Source: Reclinomonas americana ATCC 50394 (Eukaryota). Taken from it: a stretch of DNA of 64,000 nt. This document shows positions 47,702 to 57,314 of this stretch, one piece after another. A program made the translations under genes and the position numbers. The notes beneath the pieces were generated by a model, which saw only the letters and a list, made by a program, of their open reading frames with translations, was not told the DNA's origin and made no database searches. The stretch's first letter is position 1. Each line of letters starts with the position of its first letter. Location: the NCBI GenBank assembly GCA_048213135.1, contig PS015009.1, forward strand, positions 2,232,001 through 2,296,000. Direction: 5' to 3'.

Positions 47702-49663
47702 TTAGTAGTGGTTATCTGTAACCGGCGGGCCCCGTAAGGCCCGCTTTTTTATGGCGTACTGATTCGGTGGTATTGCTGTGAAGCCTGCTGAATAAAGGCT
47801 TTGATGATCTTTTCCAGTTGCCGTTTTTTTTTCAGCGTATACAGCATCATTGCCGAGATCCTGTTGTAATGCTTTATCAACAATGTAATGATAAAAGTAT
47901 TCAGTTCTGCCTGTTGCGGTGTTGAAGGCAAGACAATAAGCGCTGTCGTTCACCTGGTACAGCGTATTACTGATGCGGGAAAAACTAACCGGGTTATTTG
48001 GTGAAGGCTGTAACAGGCTGTTGCCATAACTGATGATGTTACCGGGGTAACCGGCAATGGATAGTATGGTGGCCGCGATATCGAACTGGCTGCTGATGCG
48101 GGTGTCGGTTTGTGCAACAGGTCGCGACGGATCATAAATGATAACGGGAATATGATACCCGCTGATGTTGTTGAATACAATGTTCCGGTCATCAGGGGCC
48201 AGCCAGTGATCGGGGCAGAAGATGAAGATCGTATTACTGAACCAGGCGCTGTTCTTTGCCTGGCTGAAGAATTGCTGCAGGCTGTAGTCATAATAAGCCA
48301 TGCTTTTCATAGGGGCGGAATAACCGGCAGGAAAGCGTTGTGAAAATTTTTGCGGTAACTCATACGGGTAATGGGTGGAAGTATTGTAATGAACAGCGAG
48401 GAATGGTTGCGCCGTGGCATCAATCTTTTGTCTGACAAAGTCAAGTACGTATTCATCCTGTATACCCATAGGATTGGCGGGAAGCTGCTGGTAACCGGGG
48501 ATGTCTTCACGGCTGTAGTATTGCCGTATGCCCATCCAGTTGGCGCATTTCGCGAAGCCGAAATTATCGTGCTGGTCGCCGATACAGAAAAAGGACTGGT
48601 AACCTCTGCCAGACAATGCCGATCCCAGCGGGGTTACCGGCATATTGACGAACTGCGTGTGATATACCGGTATGTCGGTTAGCGTGGGAATACCAGCCAG
48701 TATCGCTGTAATACCTTTATTGGATTGATGGGAATAAGCGAATGCATGGTTATAGAAAGTACTCTTCCGCAGCAGTGAATCGAAAAACGGCATGGCCACT
48801 TTGTATGGGCTGTTGCTGTCGAAAAATTCGTAGGGAATACTTTCCATGATGAAAAGAACGATGTTCTTCCTGTTGCTGTCTGCATACAAGGGCATACTTT
48901 TTTTAACCAGGGGGAACGTTGCGTTTGCTTCCGGTTCGCTCATATATTGTTTCAGTGGCACTTCCTGTCCTTCGCGTATGAGCGAATAGCAAAAGGTATG
49001 GAAGGAATTCTCAACCAGTAGCAACTGCCGGCTGTTGATATTCATCAGCGGGTAGGTAGGCACAAGCTTACGTCCGATGGCCTGTGGGTTGATGAGTAAA
49101 ATGAGAAGCACCACCATCGATACTATAAAAGACAATGTTGCTTTGTCGCCTTGCTCCATATCCCGGTATACCTTTTGACAAAGGATATAAATGAATACGG
49201 AAAGTGCTGTTACCGACAGGACAAAAATGGTGATGATGCCCCAGCCGAAATGCAGTAACTGGGCGAAAGGATGGTCAATCACATGCAGCAGGTCGGCCGT
49301 GGCCCGCTGGAAATGGAAACGGAAATAAAAAATATCGAGCAGGTTGAACAATGCCGCCACGATATTGAGTACTGCAAACAAAGGTACCCAAACCCACCTG
49401 CACACCACTGCCGATAACGGCCGGGTCAGTGTAAGGGCGATAAGAAAAGGAATGTTGATCAGTAACACGATGAGCAGATCATACAACAACGACCAGGCTA
49501 CCAGTTGTAATACCTTACCACCGCCGGTGTTCAATAAACTGTGGTTGTACTGATAAAAGAGTAATTTTAAAACCGAAAACACCAGCAGCATACCCAGGAG
49601 TAACCGGAAGAAAGCCCTGTTGCGCTGCCAGGCCACCTGTATTGTGCCGGGTAAACGGGTCAT
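47702..49663 (-). CDS. LTA-synthase-family membrane sulfatase/phosphoglycerol transferase; the true stop is probably 47749
   Basis: N-terminal TMs; NIVLFIMES, STHYPY and DH alkaline-phosphatase-fold motifs; frameshift at the T9 run 47824-47832. Confidence 0.85.
   Translation of the reverse strand: MTRLPGTIQVAWQRNRAFFRLLLGMLLVFSVLKLLFYQYNHSLLNTGGGKVLQLVAWSLLYDLLIVLLINIPFLIALTLTRPLSAVVCRWVWVPLFAVLNIVAALFNLLDIFYFRFHFQRATADLLHVIDHPFAQLLHFGWGIITIFVLSVTALSVFIYILCQKVYRDMEQGDKATLSFIVSMVVLLILLINPQAIGRKLVPTYPLMNINSRQLLLVENSFHTFCYSLIREGQEVPLKQYMSEPEANATFPLVKKSMPLYADSNRKNIVLFIMESIPYEFFDSNSPYKVAMPFFDSLLRKSTFYNHAFAYSHQSNKGITAILAGIPTLTDIPVYHTQFVNMPVTPLGSALSGRGYQSFFCIGDQHDNFGFAKCANWMGIRQYYSREDIPGYQQLPANPMGIQDEYVLDFVRQKIDATAQPFLAVHYNTSTHYPYELPQKFSQRFPAGYSAPMKSMAYYDYSLQQFFSQAKNSAWFSNTIFIFCPDHWLAPDDRNIVFNNISGYHIPVIIYDPSRPVAQTDTRISSQFDIAATILSIAGYPGNIISYGNSLLQPSPNNPVSFSRISNTLYQVNDSAYCLAFNTATGRTEYFYHYIVDKALQQDLGNDAVYAEKKTATGKDHQSLYSAGFTAIPPNQYAIKKRALRGPPVTDNHY
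47725..47750 (+). terminator. Terminator between the convergent WG-repeat and LTA-synthase genes
   Basis: GCGGGCC-ccgtaa-GGCCCGC followed by T6. Confidence 0.75.
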
Positions 49664-49684
49664 GCAGGAGTCGATTTTGTATTT

Positions 49685-50482
49685 ATGCTGAAAGCGATCA
49701 TACAGAACAAATATAAGTTAATAGCCGCGATACTGCTGTTGCTGCTGGGGGCAGATGCATGGCAGCACAAAGGGCAACTGCGGGTGCTGTTGCCCAATTC
49801 TTTTGCCGATACCGCGATTTCGCCTGCAGAACCCAAAGAAAAAAGATTACTCGTAAACAGCGGCAGGCAATGGAAAAAAGCCGTCAATACCATTGAACTG
49901 GTGAAGGCACTGGATGCCGCAACACCTGGGATAGAGTGTGATGTTTATTTTGATACGGCCCGCCGAATATTTGATGTACATCACGATGCGGATAAAAGCA
50001 CCGGCCTCAGCCTGCAGGCATTACTGGAAGCCTGCAAAGCCCGGCAACTTGATATCAGTATCTGGCTCGATTTTAAGAATTGCGACACCACCAACAACCG
50101 CCCGGCATTGACCGTACTGCAAACCTTGCAAAAACAGTATAAACTCGATAACAAGATCATCGTTGAGTCGTGGAATACAGAAGCGTTGACCTTATTTGCT
50201 GACAGCGGCTTCTACACCTGTTATAATGTACCGTTATTCAACCCCTACAGTTTAAGCAGGGATTCGCTGCGGCAACTGGGTATTTCCATCAGTAAAAAAT
50301 TAGCAGGGTCAACCATCAGTGCATTGTCGGGTTACTATTTTCAATACCCCTTTTTCAAGGCTAATTTCCCGGGCTATGCCGTCCTCACCTGGTCGCCTCC
50401 CCGCAGCAGCATCAGCCTGGTTAACTGGCTGTTCAGGCGTAAGATCAGCCGCGATCCGTCCATATTTATCAATTTGCAATAA
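49685..50482 (+). CDS. Membrane-anchored PLC-like/GDPD-like phosphodiesterase-fold protein
   Basis: N-terminal anchor; AVNT...GIECDVYF...VHHD...IWLDFKN...IIVES resembles a GDPD TIM barrel. Confidence 0.55.
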   Translation: MLKAIIQNKYKLIAAILLLLLGADAWQHKGQLRVLLPNSFADTAISPAEPKEKRLLVNSGRQWKKAVNTIELVKALDAATPGIECDVYFDTARRIFDVHHDADKSTGLSLQALLEACKARQLDISIWLDFKNCDTTNNRPALTVLQTLQKQYKLDNKIIVESWNTEALTLFADSGFYTCYNVPLFNPYSLSRDSLRQLGISISKKLAGSTISALSGYYFQYPFFKANFPGYAVLTWSPPRSSISLVNWLFRRKISRDPSIFINLQ

Positions 50483-50521
50483 TACCGGTCCCGGCTTTAG
50501 TTTGATATGATCTCAATTTGG

Positions 50522-50635
50522 ATATATATCCCGCAAAGACACGAAGAACACTAAGTATATATGCTACCTGGCAGCTCTTTGTGGCTTTAGCGGCCTGGTG
50601 GGAGGACTTATCTGTTTTCAAGCCGAGACACTACC
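50522..50635 (+). repeat. MITE-like element of about 113 bp, copy 1
   Basis: Aligns end to end with 54314-54426; internal inverted repeat; ends in ttcaagccgagacactacc. Confidence 0.8.
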
Positions 50636-50749
50636 TTTTATTTTACCTTTTTTCTTTTTAATTAACCCGGATTGCTTAATTTCGAACTCAAATAGTTGTT
50701 TAGCTAACTAATTTTCCCGGAGCTTCCCGGGGGTATAAAATAAATACAA

Positions 50750-53128
50750 ATGAAAAGGATCATTAAGAAAGTAGCGGTACTCGGCAGCGGGGTAATGGGC
50801 AGCCGAATTGCCTGTCATTTTGCAGGTGTGGGATTGCAGGTATTGTTACTCGATATACAACCGGCAGGTCTTGCAACCGATGCCAAAACTGCGGATAAAA
50901 ATAAGATCGTGAATGATGCCCTGGCAGCAGCGATCAAGTCGAACCCGTCGCCGGTATATAACAAAGATGTGGTGAAGCGTATTAAAACGGGCAACTTCAC
51001 CGACAATATGAAAGACATTGCCGGTTACGACTGGGTGATAGAAGTAGTGGTGGAAAGACTCGATATCAAACAATCCATTTTTACTGAAGTGGAGAAATAC
51101 CGTACGCCGGGTACACTCATCACTTCCAATACATCTGGCATACCCATTCATATGATGACGGAAGGCCGCAGCGATGATTTTAAGAAACATTTCTGCGGTA
51201 CGCACTTTTTTAACCCCCCGCGTTACCTGCGCCTGCTGGAGATCATCCCTACACCGCATACCGATACTGAAGTGATTGATTTCCTCATGCAGTATGGCGA
51301 CATTACCCTGGGTAAGACCACCGTTTTGTGTAAGGATACACCGGCCTTCATCGCTAACCGGATTGGTGTGTTTGGTATGATGGCCATTATGAACGCGATG
51401 GAAAAATTGCAGCTGAATGTAGATGAAGTAGATGCCCTTACCGGACCTGTTATCGGACGCCCCAAATCGGCCACCTTCCGCACTGCCGATGTAGTGGGTA
51501 TCGATACCCTGGTGAAAGTAGCTGTGGGTGTGCACGACAACTGTCCTGCTGACGAAGCCCGTGAACAGTTTGTGATCCCCGCATGGCTTAATAAAATGGT
51601 AGAGAACAAATGGTTGGGTGATAAAACAGGACAGGGCTTTTTCAAAAAAACAAAATCCGTTACCGGCGAAAAAGAAATATTGACGCTCAACCTCCAAACC
51701 CTGGAGTATGGCCCGCGCCAGAAACCAAAATTCGCTACGCTGGAAACCGCCAAACCAATTGAGGACCTTAAACAAAGACTGAAAGCGCTTTGTGCCGGTA
51801 CCGATAAAGCCGGTGATTTTTACCGCCAGTTCCACTACAATTTATTCTCTTACATATCGCACCGCATACCTGAGATCAGCGACGAACTGTACCGGGTTGA
51901 CGACGCTATGATGGCCGGCTTTGGCTGGGAAATAGGCGCCTTCGAAAGCTGGGACGTTTTAGGTGTTGCCAAAACAGCAGAGGCGATGAAAGCCGCGGGT
52001 AAAACCGTAGCGCCGTGGGTGGAAGAAATGTTAGCAGCCGGTATCAGTACTTTCTATAAAGTAGAGAACGGTAAACGCCTGTACTATGACATTGCTTCCA
52101 AAGCTTACAAAGCCATACCCGGTGGTGATGCCTTCATCGTGATGCGCAATTTTGAGAATGAGACCATCTGGAAGAACAGCGCCTGCCGCACGTATCACCT
52201 CGGTGGTGATGTGCTTGGCCTGGAATGGTATACCAAAATGGGCAGCATCGGTGGCGAAGTGCTCGAAGGCATACAACGCTCCATTGCTTTGGCAGAAGAT
52301 AAATACAAAGGCCTGGTGATCGCCAATGAAGGCGGCAACTTCAGTGCCGGTGCCAACGTGGCCATGATCTTTATGATGGCGATAGAACAGGACTACGATG
52401 AGATCGATATGGCCATACGCCAGTTTCAGCAAACGATGATGCGGGTACGTTATTCAGGTATACCTGTAGTGGTAGCCCCGCACGGGCTGGCACTCGGCGG
52501 CGCCTGCGAAATGAGCCTGCATGCAGATAAAGTGATCCCTGCAGCCGAAACCTATACCGGCCTGGTAGAAGTGGGCATTGGCGTAATACCCGGTGGTGGC
52601 GGTACCAAGGAATTTGTACTGCGTGCTTCAGATGAAATTCATGAAGGCGAACCTGACACCATACCATTGCAAAACCGTTTCCTTACCATAGCCACGGCTA
52701 AAGTGGGTACCTCAGCTTATGAAGCTTACGACCTGGGTATTTACAGGAAGGGAAGGGATGTGGTAAGTGTAAACCAGGGCCGCCGCATCGCTGAAGCCAA
52801 ACAGGCGGTGATCGAATTATATGATGATGGTTATGTGATGCCCGTACAGCGCAGCGATATTAAAGTACTCGGTCGTAGTATGCTCGGCGCCCTGCATGCC
52901 GGTATCAATGGTATGTGGCGTGGCAACTATGCTACGGACCATGATGTGACTGTTGCAAAAAAACTCGCCTACGTGATGTGCGGCGGTGACCTGAGCGAAC
53001 CCACACTCGTAACCGAACAATACCTGCTCGACCTGGAACGCGAAGCCTTCCTGAGCCTGACCGGTGAAAAGAAAACATTGGAAAGGATACAGAGTATTCT
53101 GAAGAGCGGGAAACCGTTGAGGAATTAG
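50750..53128 (+). CDS. 3-hydroxyacyl-CoA dehydrogenase / enoyl-CoA hydratase (FadN-like)
   Basis: GSGVMG Rossmann motif, SNTSG, HFFNPPRY, FIANR; crotonase motifs FSAGAN and GGACE. Confidence 0.93.
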   Translation: MKRIIKKVAVLGSGVMGSRIACHFAGVGLQVLLLDIQPAGLATDAKTADKNKIVNDALAAAIKSNPSPVYNKDVVKRIKTGNFTDNMKDIAGYDWVIEVVVERLDIKQSIFTEVEKYRTPGTLITSNTSGIPIHMMTEGRSDDFKKHFCGTHFFNPPRYLRLLEIIPTPHTDTEVIDFLMQYGDITLGKTTVLCKDTPAFIANRIGVFGMMAIMNAMEKLQLNVDEVDALTGPVIGRPKSATFRTADVVGIDTLVKVAVGVHDNCPADEAREQFVIPAWLNKMVENKWLGDKTGQGFFKKTKSVTGEKEILTLNLQTLEYGPRQKPKFATLETAKPIEDLKQRLKALCAGTDKAGDFYRQFHYNLFSYISHRIPEISDELYRVDDAMMAGFGWEIGAFESWDVLGVAKTAEAMKAAGKTVAPWVEEMLAAGISTFYKVENGKRLYYDIASKAYKAIPGGDAFIVMRNFENETIWKNSACRTYHLGGDVLGLEWYTKMGSIGGEVLEGIQRSIALAEDKYKGLVIANEGGNFSAGANVAMIFMMAIEQDYDEIDMAIRQFQQTMMRVRYSGIPVVVAPHGLALGGACEMSLHADKVIPAAETYTGLVEVGIGVIPGGGGTKEFVLRASDEIHEGEPDTIPLQNRFLTIATAKVGTSAYEAYDLGIYRKGRDVVSVNQGRRIAEAKQAVIELYDDGYVMPVQRSDIKVLGRSMLGALHAGINGMWRGNYATDHDVTVAKKLAYVMCGGDLSEPTLVTEQYLLDLEREAFLSLTGEKKTLERIQSILKSGKPLRN

Positions 53129-53160
53129 TCTGCCTTTGTGTGGTTTGTCGCTGCCGGTCT

Positions 53161-53187
53161 GTCGCTGTTTGGTCTCTGACCAGCAGC
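53161..53187 (+). repeat. REP-like hairpin (GGTCTC..GACC family)
   Basis: gtcgctgtttggtctctgaccagcagc. Confidence 0.75.
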
Positions 53188-53202
53188 TTACAGGTAATAC
53201 AA

Positions 53203-53400
53203 TTGAACAAACGTTTCCTATACCTCATGCTGGGCATACTCGCCCTGGCTACCGCTACCGCGGGGGTTGTGCTGTGGATGAAAATGGAGGAGGAAAGAAA
53301 AGAAGACCAGATCGAAAGCAAACGTATCCGGGAGATAGAACAATCAACGGACTCTGTGACCATAAAACTCCCTGTTGACACCTCATTCACCGGCCGCTAG
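53203..53400 (+). CDS. 65-aa single-TM small protein
   Basis: TTG start; MNKRFLYLMLGILALATATAGVVLW followed by a charged helix. Confidence 0.55.
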   Translation: MNKRFLYLMLGILALATATAGVVLWMKMEEERKEDQIESKRIREIEQSTDSVTIKLPVDTSFTGR

Positions 53401-53514
53401 TTTTTGCCGCTGCCTGGTCTCTGCCGCTGCTTGGTCTCTGACCAGCAGCGTAGGTTTTTTTTGCCGTTGCCTGGTCTCTGCCGCTGCCTGGTCTCTGACC
53501 AGCAGCGTATAGTT
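53401..53514 (+). repeat. Two tandem 57-bp units, each a truncated plus a full REP-like hairpin
   Basis: tttttgccgYtgcctggtctctgccgctgcYtggtctctgaccagcagcgta repeated at 53401 and 53458. Confidence 0.88.
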
Positions 53515-53599
53515 TTTTGTCCACTTCCCACATTTTTACTTTTACTTTTGATTTTTGACTTTCCCGCCCCCGTACATTTGTTCTAAATCAATATTCATT

Positions 53600-54262
53600 A
53601 TGGGAGAAGCAGAACTGGTCCGTGGCAGTAATCAACTCATCATTCACGCTATCATCTTTTTTTACGGCGATGCTGCCAATGAAGAACTATCCAAACAGAT
53701 TGCCGCCGATATCGCCGCTCACTGGAATGAAGCAGAGGGCAGGGTTGTGATTGATGATATCGCTTACCTGCTACATTTCGATATAGAAGGGCATTACGCT
53801 GCGGGGCTTACCGATATCGACGTGCTGAGCAATATCAATCCCCGGTACAATTATTTTCGCGTGGAGAATTTTGCATCCGGCAATATTTCATTCGTTGACG
53901 GCATCGGCAGCAATACCGGTTATTTTCTGCTGAGTAACCTGCTCGATAATTCCACCACCGCGGCGCATGAGTTCGGGCATACATTGGGACTTGAACATCC
54001 GCATGTGCTCGACATCCGTGGTAAAGGCACACCCGGCATCATGTATCCCCGCGGCACGATCGTGGATCCTGAATTCCAGTACGATCCCGCCGTACCCGCC
54101 GGACTTAAAGGCGGTACCCTCAATCCCTTCACCCGTAAAGTACTGCAGGAAGATGTGGACGACCTGCACCTGGAACGACTTTCCTTCGACAACGGCAATA
54201 TGGCCATCGTAGGTGACTTCAGTTCGGTATGGCACGACAGGCATATCAATCCCGGTATTTGA
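53600..54262 (+). CDS. Metzincin zinc metallopeptidase (M10-like)
   Basis: HEFGHTLGLEH (HExxHxxGxxH) and Met-turn GIMYP; TACATTTG box at 53573. Confidence 0.85.
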   Translation: MGEAELVRGSNQLIIHAIIFFYGDAANEELSKQIAADIAAHWNEAEGRVVIDDIAYLLHFDIEGHYAAGLTDIDVLSNINPRYNYFRVENFASGNISFVDGIGSNTGYFLLSNLLDNSTTAAHEFGHTLGLEHPHVLDIRGKGTPGIMYPRGTIVDPEFQYDPAVPAGLKGGTLNPFTRKVLQEDVDDLHLERLSFDNGNMAIVGDFSSVWHDRHINPGI

Positions 54263-54313
54263 TCTTTCCGGTACCGGGAAGAGTTTCCTGTTATTCACAT
54301 CTTAATGCCATGA

Positions 54314-54426
54314 ATATATTTCCCACAAAAGCACGAAGAATGCTAAGTATATATTCTGCCTGGCAACCCTTTGCGGCCTTAGCGGCTTGGTGGAGGGTTT
54401 ATCTGTTTTCAAACTGAGACATCACC
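54314..54426 (+). repeat. MITE-like element of about 113 bp, copy 2
   Basis: Direct repeat of 50522-50635; ends in ttcaaactgagacatcacc. Confidence 0.8.
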
Positions 54427-54490
54427 ATTGCGGGAAATCATTTTTCCTTTTAAGTTTCCCGCCTTATCTTCAGCTACCAATTTATGCTTT

Positions 54491-55420
54491 ATGGCAGTGC
54501 TCACTATTGACAAGATATCAAAAAATTATGGCCGCATCAGGGCGTTGGACAATGTAAGTTTCAGCGTGCCGCCTAAGACGGTTTTCGGCATCCTGGGTCC
54601 GAATGGCAGTGGTAAAACTACCCTGCTGGGTATTGTGATGGACATACTCAAAAGTACCAGCGGCAGTTACCATTGGGCGGGCAATCTCAGTTTACATGAT
54701 ACGCGTAAAACCATCGGCACCCTGCTGGAAACGCCCAACTTTTACCACTACCTCAGCGCTGAAGATAACCTGCTCATCGCTGCCCGGATCAAAGGGCATG
54801 GCGAAGGCGATATTGAAAAAGTACTGCGGCTGGTGAACCTGTATGAACGGCGGTCTTCCAAATTCAGTACCTATTCACTGGGTATGAAACAACGGCTGGC
54901 TATCGCGTCAGCATTACTGGGCGACCCCGATATACTCGTGTTTGATGAACCCACCAATGGTCTTGACCCTGCCGGTATCGCCGAGATCAGGGAACTGATC
55001 AAAGAGCTGAACCGCCAGGGCAAAACGATCATTATGGCCAGTCATATTCTTGATGAAGTGGAAAAAGTTTGTACGCACGTGGCCATCATACAAAAAGGCG
55101 TGCTCAAAACGATCGGTTCTGTAGCGGAAGTGATGAATACATCGCATTCAGGGCCAACGACCGCTGCTGCTACAGTACTCATCGAATTATCGGCTTCAGA
55201 TACTGCTGCATTAAAAAGATTGCTGGAAGGATACAGCTATGTTGATAAAGTGGAGCAATCAGGCGATGAACTGCTGATCACCTGCCCGGAAAATATTACG
55301 GCTGAACAGGTGAACAGGTACTGCTTCGACAATGGCATTGTACTCAGCAAACTTAATCTGAAACGCAAATCCCTGGAAGCCCGCTTCCTGGAGATCACCG
55401 GTAAACAAAGCGATAAATAG
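54491..55420 (+). CDS. ABC-2 type transporter ATP-binding protein
   Basis: Walker A GPNGSGKTT, signature YSLGMKQR, Walker B LVFDEP and H-loop SH. Confidence 0.95.
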   Translation: MAVLTIDKISKNYGRIRALDNVSFSVPPKTVFGILGPNGSGKTTLLGIVMDILKSTSGSYHWAGNLSLHDTRKTIGTLLETPNFYHYLSAEDNLLIAARIKGHGEGDIEKVLRLVNLYERRSSKFSTYSLGMKQRLAIASALLGDPDILVFDEPTNGLDPAGIAEIRELIKELNRQGKTIIMASHILDEVEKVCTHVAIIQKGVLKTIGSVAEVMNTSHSGPTTAAATVLIELSASDTAALKRLLEGYSYVDKVEQSGDELLITCPENITAEQVNRYCFDNGIVLSKLNLKRKSLEARFLEITGKQSDK

Positions 55421-55445
55421 ACCCTCACATTTTACACATACCAGA

Positions 55446-56270
55446 ATGACACACCTGTTAAAAATAGAATGGCTCAAGCTCAGGAAATACCTGGCGTTTA
55501 TATTACTCAGCAGTTTTTTTATACTGGGGGTGGTGTTTCTTAATTACATTGTTTTCCTGATTGAAGAAAACCTCATCAAGGATATCAAGGGAGCGCAAAT
55601 GGTGTTCTCGGGTTCTTTCTTCGAATTTTCGCGGGTGTGGCTCACCGTCAGCTATTATGGAAGTTATTTCCTTATGTTGCCGGCCCTGCTTATGGTAATC
55701 CTGGTTACGAATGAATATTCCTACAAAACACACCGCCAGAATATCATCGACGGGCTGAGCCGTTTTGAATTTCTGAAAGTGAAACTGGCACTGGCGGTTA
55801 TACTGGCGATCGCCAGCACACTCGTTGTTATTCTTACCGGACTCATCTTCGGCCTGGCATCAGGTACTTCTTTTGCTTTGACGGGTTTTGAAAATGTGGG
55901 TTACTTCCTGCTTAAAGCGATTACCTATAACATGGTAGCGATACTGATCGCGTTGCTGACTAAAAGATCAGGCGTGGCCATCGCTGTTTTCTTCGTGTAT
56001 ACAATACTGGAAAATGGTATCTCCGGTTTGCTCTTCTTCCTGGCGATAAAAATAAAACGCGATAGTGGTACCGACCTGGGCAACCTGGGTAACTACCTGC
56101 CCATGAATGCTTCCGACGGTTTGCTGGCCAGTCCGCTGCAACGCTTCACCCAAATGGCTTCCGGCGTGCTTCCCAAAGACATCGACCTGCTGGTGCTGGC
56201 CTTTGCCCTGGCGTATATTGTCCTTTTTTACTGGTGGTCAAAAAGAAAATTCCTGAGAGCGGATCTTTAA
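55446..56270 (+). CDS. ABC-2 type transporter permease
   Basis: LLKIEWLK, NEYSYKT...GLSR, about 6 TMs and C-terminal RADL. Confidence 0.9.
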   Translation: MTHLLKIEWLKLRKYLAFILLSSFFILGVVFLNYIVFLIEENLIKDIKGAQMVFSGSFFEFSRVWLTVSYYGSYFLMLPALLMVILVTNEYSYKTHRQNIIDGLSRFEFLKVKLALAVILAIASTLVVILTGLIFGLASGTSFALTGFENVGYFLLKAITYNMVAILIALLTKRSGVAIAVFFVYTILENGISGLLFFLAIKIKRDSGTDLGNLGNYLPMNASDGLLASPLQRFTQMASGVLPKDIDLLVLAFALAYIVLFYWWSKRKFLRADL

Positions 56271-57190
56271 TGACGGATAAGATCAGTAAGTGCTTCATCA
56301 ACGGTTGGGTATTCAAACCGGAAACCGGCGGCTTCTGTCTTTTTACTGCTGACCGTGGCGCTTTTCAACACCTCAATACTTCTTCCTCCCAAAACCAGTT
56401 TCAATGCAAAAGCGGGTATGGGTAACCGTAAGTATCGTTTATTGTTGCGGAGAAAGGCTGTCTGCGTCACCAGCTGACGGTTGGTAACAGGGCAGGGCGC
56501 CACCGCGTTATAAACACCGTTCATCTTATTGTTTTCTATCGCATACCGGAACAGGCGGCAGAGATCATCAATATGTATCCAGCTCATTACCTGTCTGCCA
56601 TTGCCAAGCACCGTGGCCACACCAAAACGTAAAGGAGAAATGAACTCCGGCAAAGCGCCACCATCTGTTGCCAATACAATGCCTGTGCGGAGTTTTACCA
56701 GGCGGATGCCCAATGTCTTCACTGGTTCCACACTTTCTTCCCACAGGCGGCATACTTCGCCCAGGAAATGTGTATCCGCCGGCGCTGTTTCTTCAAAAGG
56801 GCTTCCGCCGGGCTGATCGGCTCCGTAATACCCGATAGCGCTGGAACTGATAAAAGATGTAACGTGATGGGCTGTTTTCCGCAATTGCTCAATGATAAGC
56901 GCCGCGCTGCCGGCCCGGCTGCTGATGATCTCTTCTTTATAAGCCTTCGTCCATTTTTTATCCATAACACCGGCACCGGCAAGGTGAATGATGTGATCGG
57001 CCCTGCTTAAAGCATCCGTGTCAATAGTTCCTGCTTTCACATCCCAGGTTGCATAACTGACCCCGGGTTGGGACCTGCCTTCGGGAATACGACGGGTGAG
57101 GATGATGACCTGGTACCCGGCCCGGGTAAGTTCCCTGCAAAGATGACGGCCTACCAGCCCGGTGCCGCCTGTTATGAGTATGGTTTCCAT
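56267..57190 (-). CDS. TIGR01777 (YfcH/SDR39U1) NAD-dependent epimerase
   Basis: ITGGTGLVG, HLAGA, SSSAIGYYG, LRTGIVL and SWIHIDD motifs; ATG 57190. Confidence 0.92.
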   Translation of the reverse strand: METILITGGTGLVGRHLCRELTRAGYQVIILTRRIPEGRSQPGVSYATWDVKAGTIDTDALSRADHIIHLAGAGVMDKKWTKAYKEEIISSRAGSAALIIEQLRKTAHHVTSFISSSAIGYYGADQPGGSPFEETAPADTHFLGEVCRLWEESVEPVKTLGIRLVKLRTGIVLATDGGALPEFISPLRFGVATVLGNGRQVMSWIHIDDLCRLFRYAIENNKMNGVYNAVAPCPVTNRQLVTQTAFLRNNKRYLRLPIPAFALKLVLGGRSIEVLKSATVSSKKTEAAGFRFEYPTVDEALTDLIRH

Positions 57191-57314
57191 GCGGTTCTTT
57201 CTTTTGGCATAATTATCACCTTTATTGTGTAAAAACAAAATTTAACTCATCTTGTTGCTGATAATGCCCGGCATTATTTTTAATAATCGTAATTTTAAGA
57301 CAAAACCGGTATTC

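Noticed and set aside
20303-53500. Recurrent GGTCTC (BsaI site) as a sign of synthetic cloning
   Set aside because: The intergenic copies sit inside a degenerate natural hairpin family with co-varying stems.
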